Program-made: the position numbers and the translations under genes
In this document: piece after piece, positions 63,201 through 64,000 of the stretch
Numbering within the stretch: the stretch's first letter is position 1
How the letters are laid out: every line of letters begins with the position of its first letter
NCBI GenBank assembly: GCA_973895155.1
Contig: OZ316891.1
Location: forward strand, 14,601,037-14,665,036
DNA from: Marsupella aquatica
Lineage: Eukaryota; Plantae; Marchantiophyta
Direction: 5' to 3'
DNA length: 64,000 bases
Notes under the pieces: model-generated
Database searches by the model: none
Told to the model about the DNA's origin: nothing
The model's input: only the letters and a program-made list of their open reading frames with translations

Positions 63201-64000
63201 AATAAGGAGTTCAAAATCCTGTCTCCGCCGCGTTCCCTCTGTGCTCTCACATTTACAAAAACAAAAGTTATCGTTATATGCTCGCTTTACTGATGAAAGA
63301 GATCTGGTGACAAGATATCAGGCCACAAAATTGTTGGAGACAAATATCCATGCACTTGGAGGGACCCGAAGATATGCAACAACAACAAGCTCAAAAATGA
63401 TGTAAAGAATTTTGCTATCGTTCTTTCAGAAAATAGTACACATGCTGCAAGCAAGGTTTCACCTGTGCAAATATTGCTTCACACTCATCAAAGAAAATGA
63501 TGGCATCATTCATGTCTGCATCCCTGAAGAGGCTTCTAAGATCCGCTGAATGATCATCGCGGCTACTTCCTCCACTAGCAGCATGAAGAGAATGGAAGTC
63601 AACTAACAGTACTCGTTTTCCTGCAAAAGATAGAACCACGTGAGTGGCGATTCGAAAATATTATGAAAGAGAGCATCCTCTACCCAACTTCTATACGCTA
63701 CCACAGGGTATGTATAAGACAAAGAATAATACAGCTATAGCAAAGGTACTCTCTGTGATGGCGTGTTTCAAGAATCAGTTGGTAAAGGTTCCCCACGACA
63801 GCACAACCCCAAAGAAACCATCGCTACTGTAAATCTCAAAGCTTCTGATAGTCATCACATACCAAGATGGTGTGCCACGGCATTGACAGTCATCGTCTTT
63901 CCTGTACCAGATGCCCCACATAAAAGAATAACCAATCCTGCCCCATAGCTCATCACGTCCTCCAGTCCTGCACGTTTTCTGTACTGCCGGAACTTTGCAA
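60243..64000 (-). CDS. Tandem AAA+ ATPase, 3' part (gene continues beyond the window)
   Basis: Approximate exons 64000-63863, 63620-63463, 63238-63113, 62971-62858, 62723-62582, 62355-62146, 62006-61974, 61742-61623, 61473-61339, 60972-60852, 60668-60568, 60365-60243. D1: GASGTGKT, IIFFDECE, MLATNRPLDLDEAMHRRI, YELTGGYIKNA. D2: GPHGTGKS, VLVLEDF, LDPELTRRL, FDFTSGTISSA. TGA at 60243-60245. Confidence 0.88.

Overview
Eukaryotic, land-plant nuclear DNA, probably from a non-flowering plant (GT-AG introns, telo-boxes, copia LTR elements). It holds six protein genes. On the minus strand: a 15-exon PSAT1 phospholipid:sterol acyltransferase, an intronless 1471-aa CPSF160, a 4-exon RPL26, and the 3' part of a multi-exon tandem AAA+ ATPase. 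On the plus strand: an intronless NOP58, head-to-head with RPL26, and a multi-exon TFIIIC-beta-like WD40 gene. Between them lie two young, TSD-bounded LTR elements. One is non-coding with a half-tRNA-Ile primer site; the other is a Tnt1-like copia with gag, protease and half the integrase deleted right after the PBS. There is also a complete tRNA-derived SINE and many local tandem or palindromic repeats. Most unusual: the CPSF160 upstream region carries three 138-nt-spaced Met-Ser-Tyr-Ala-stop mini-ORFs that copy the first four codons of CPSF160. All coordinates were read by eye; no searches were run.
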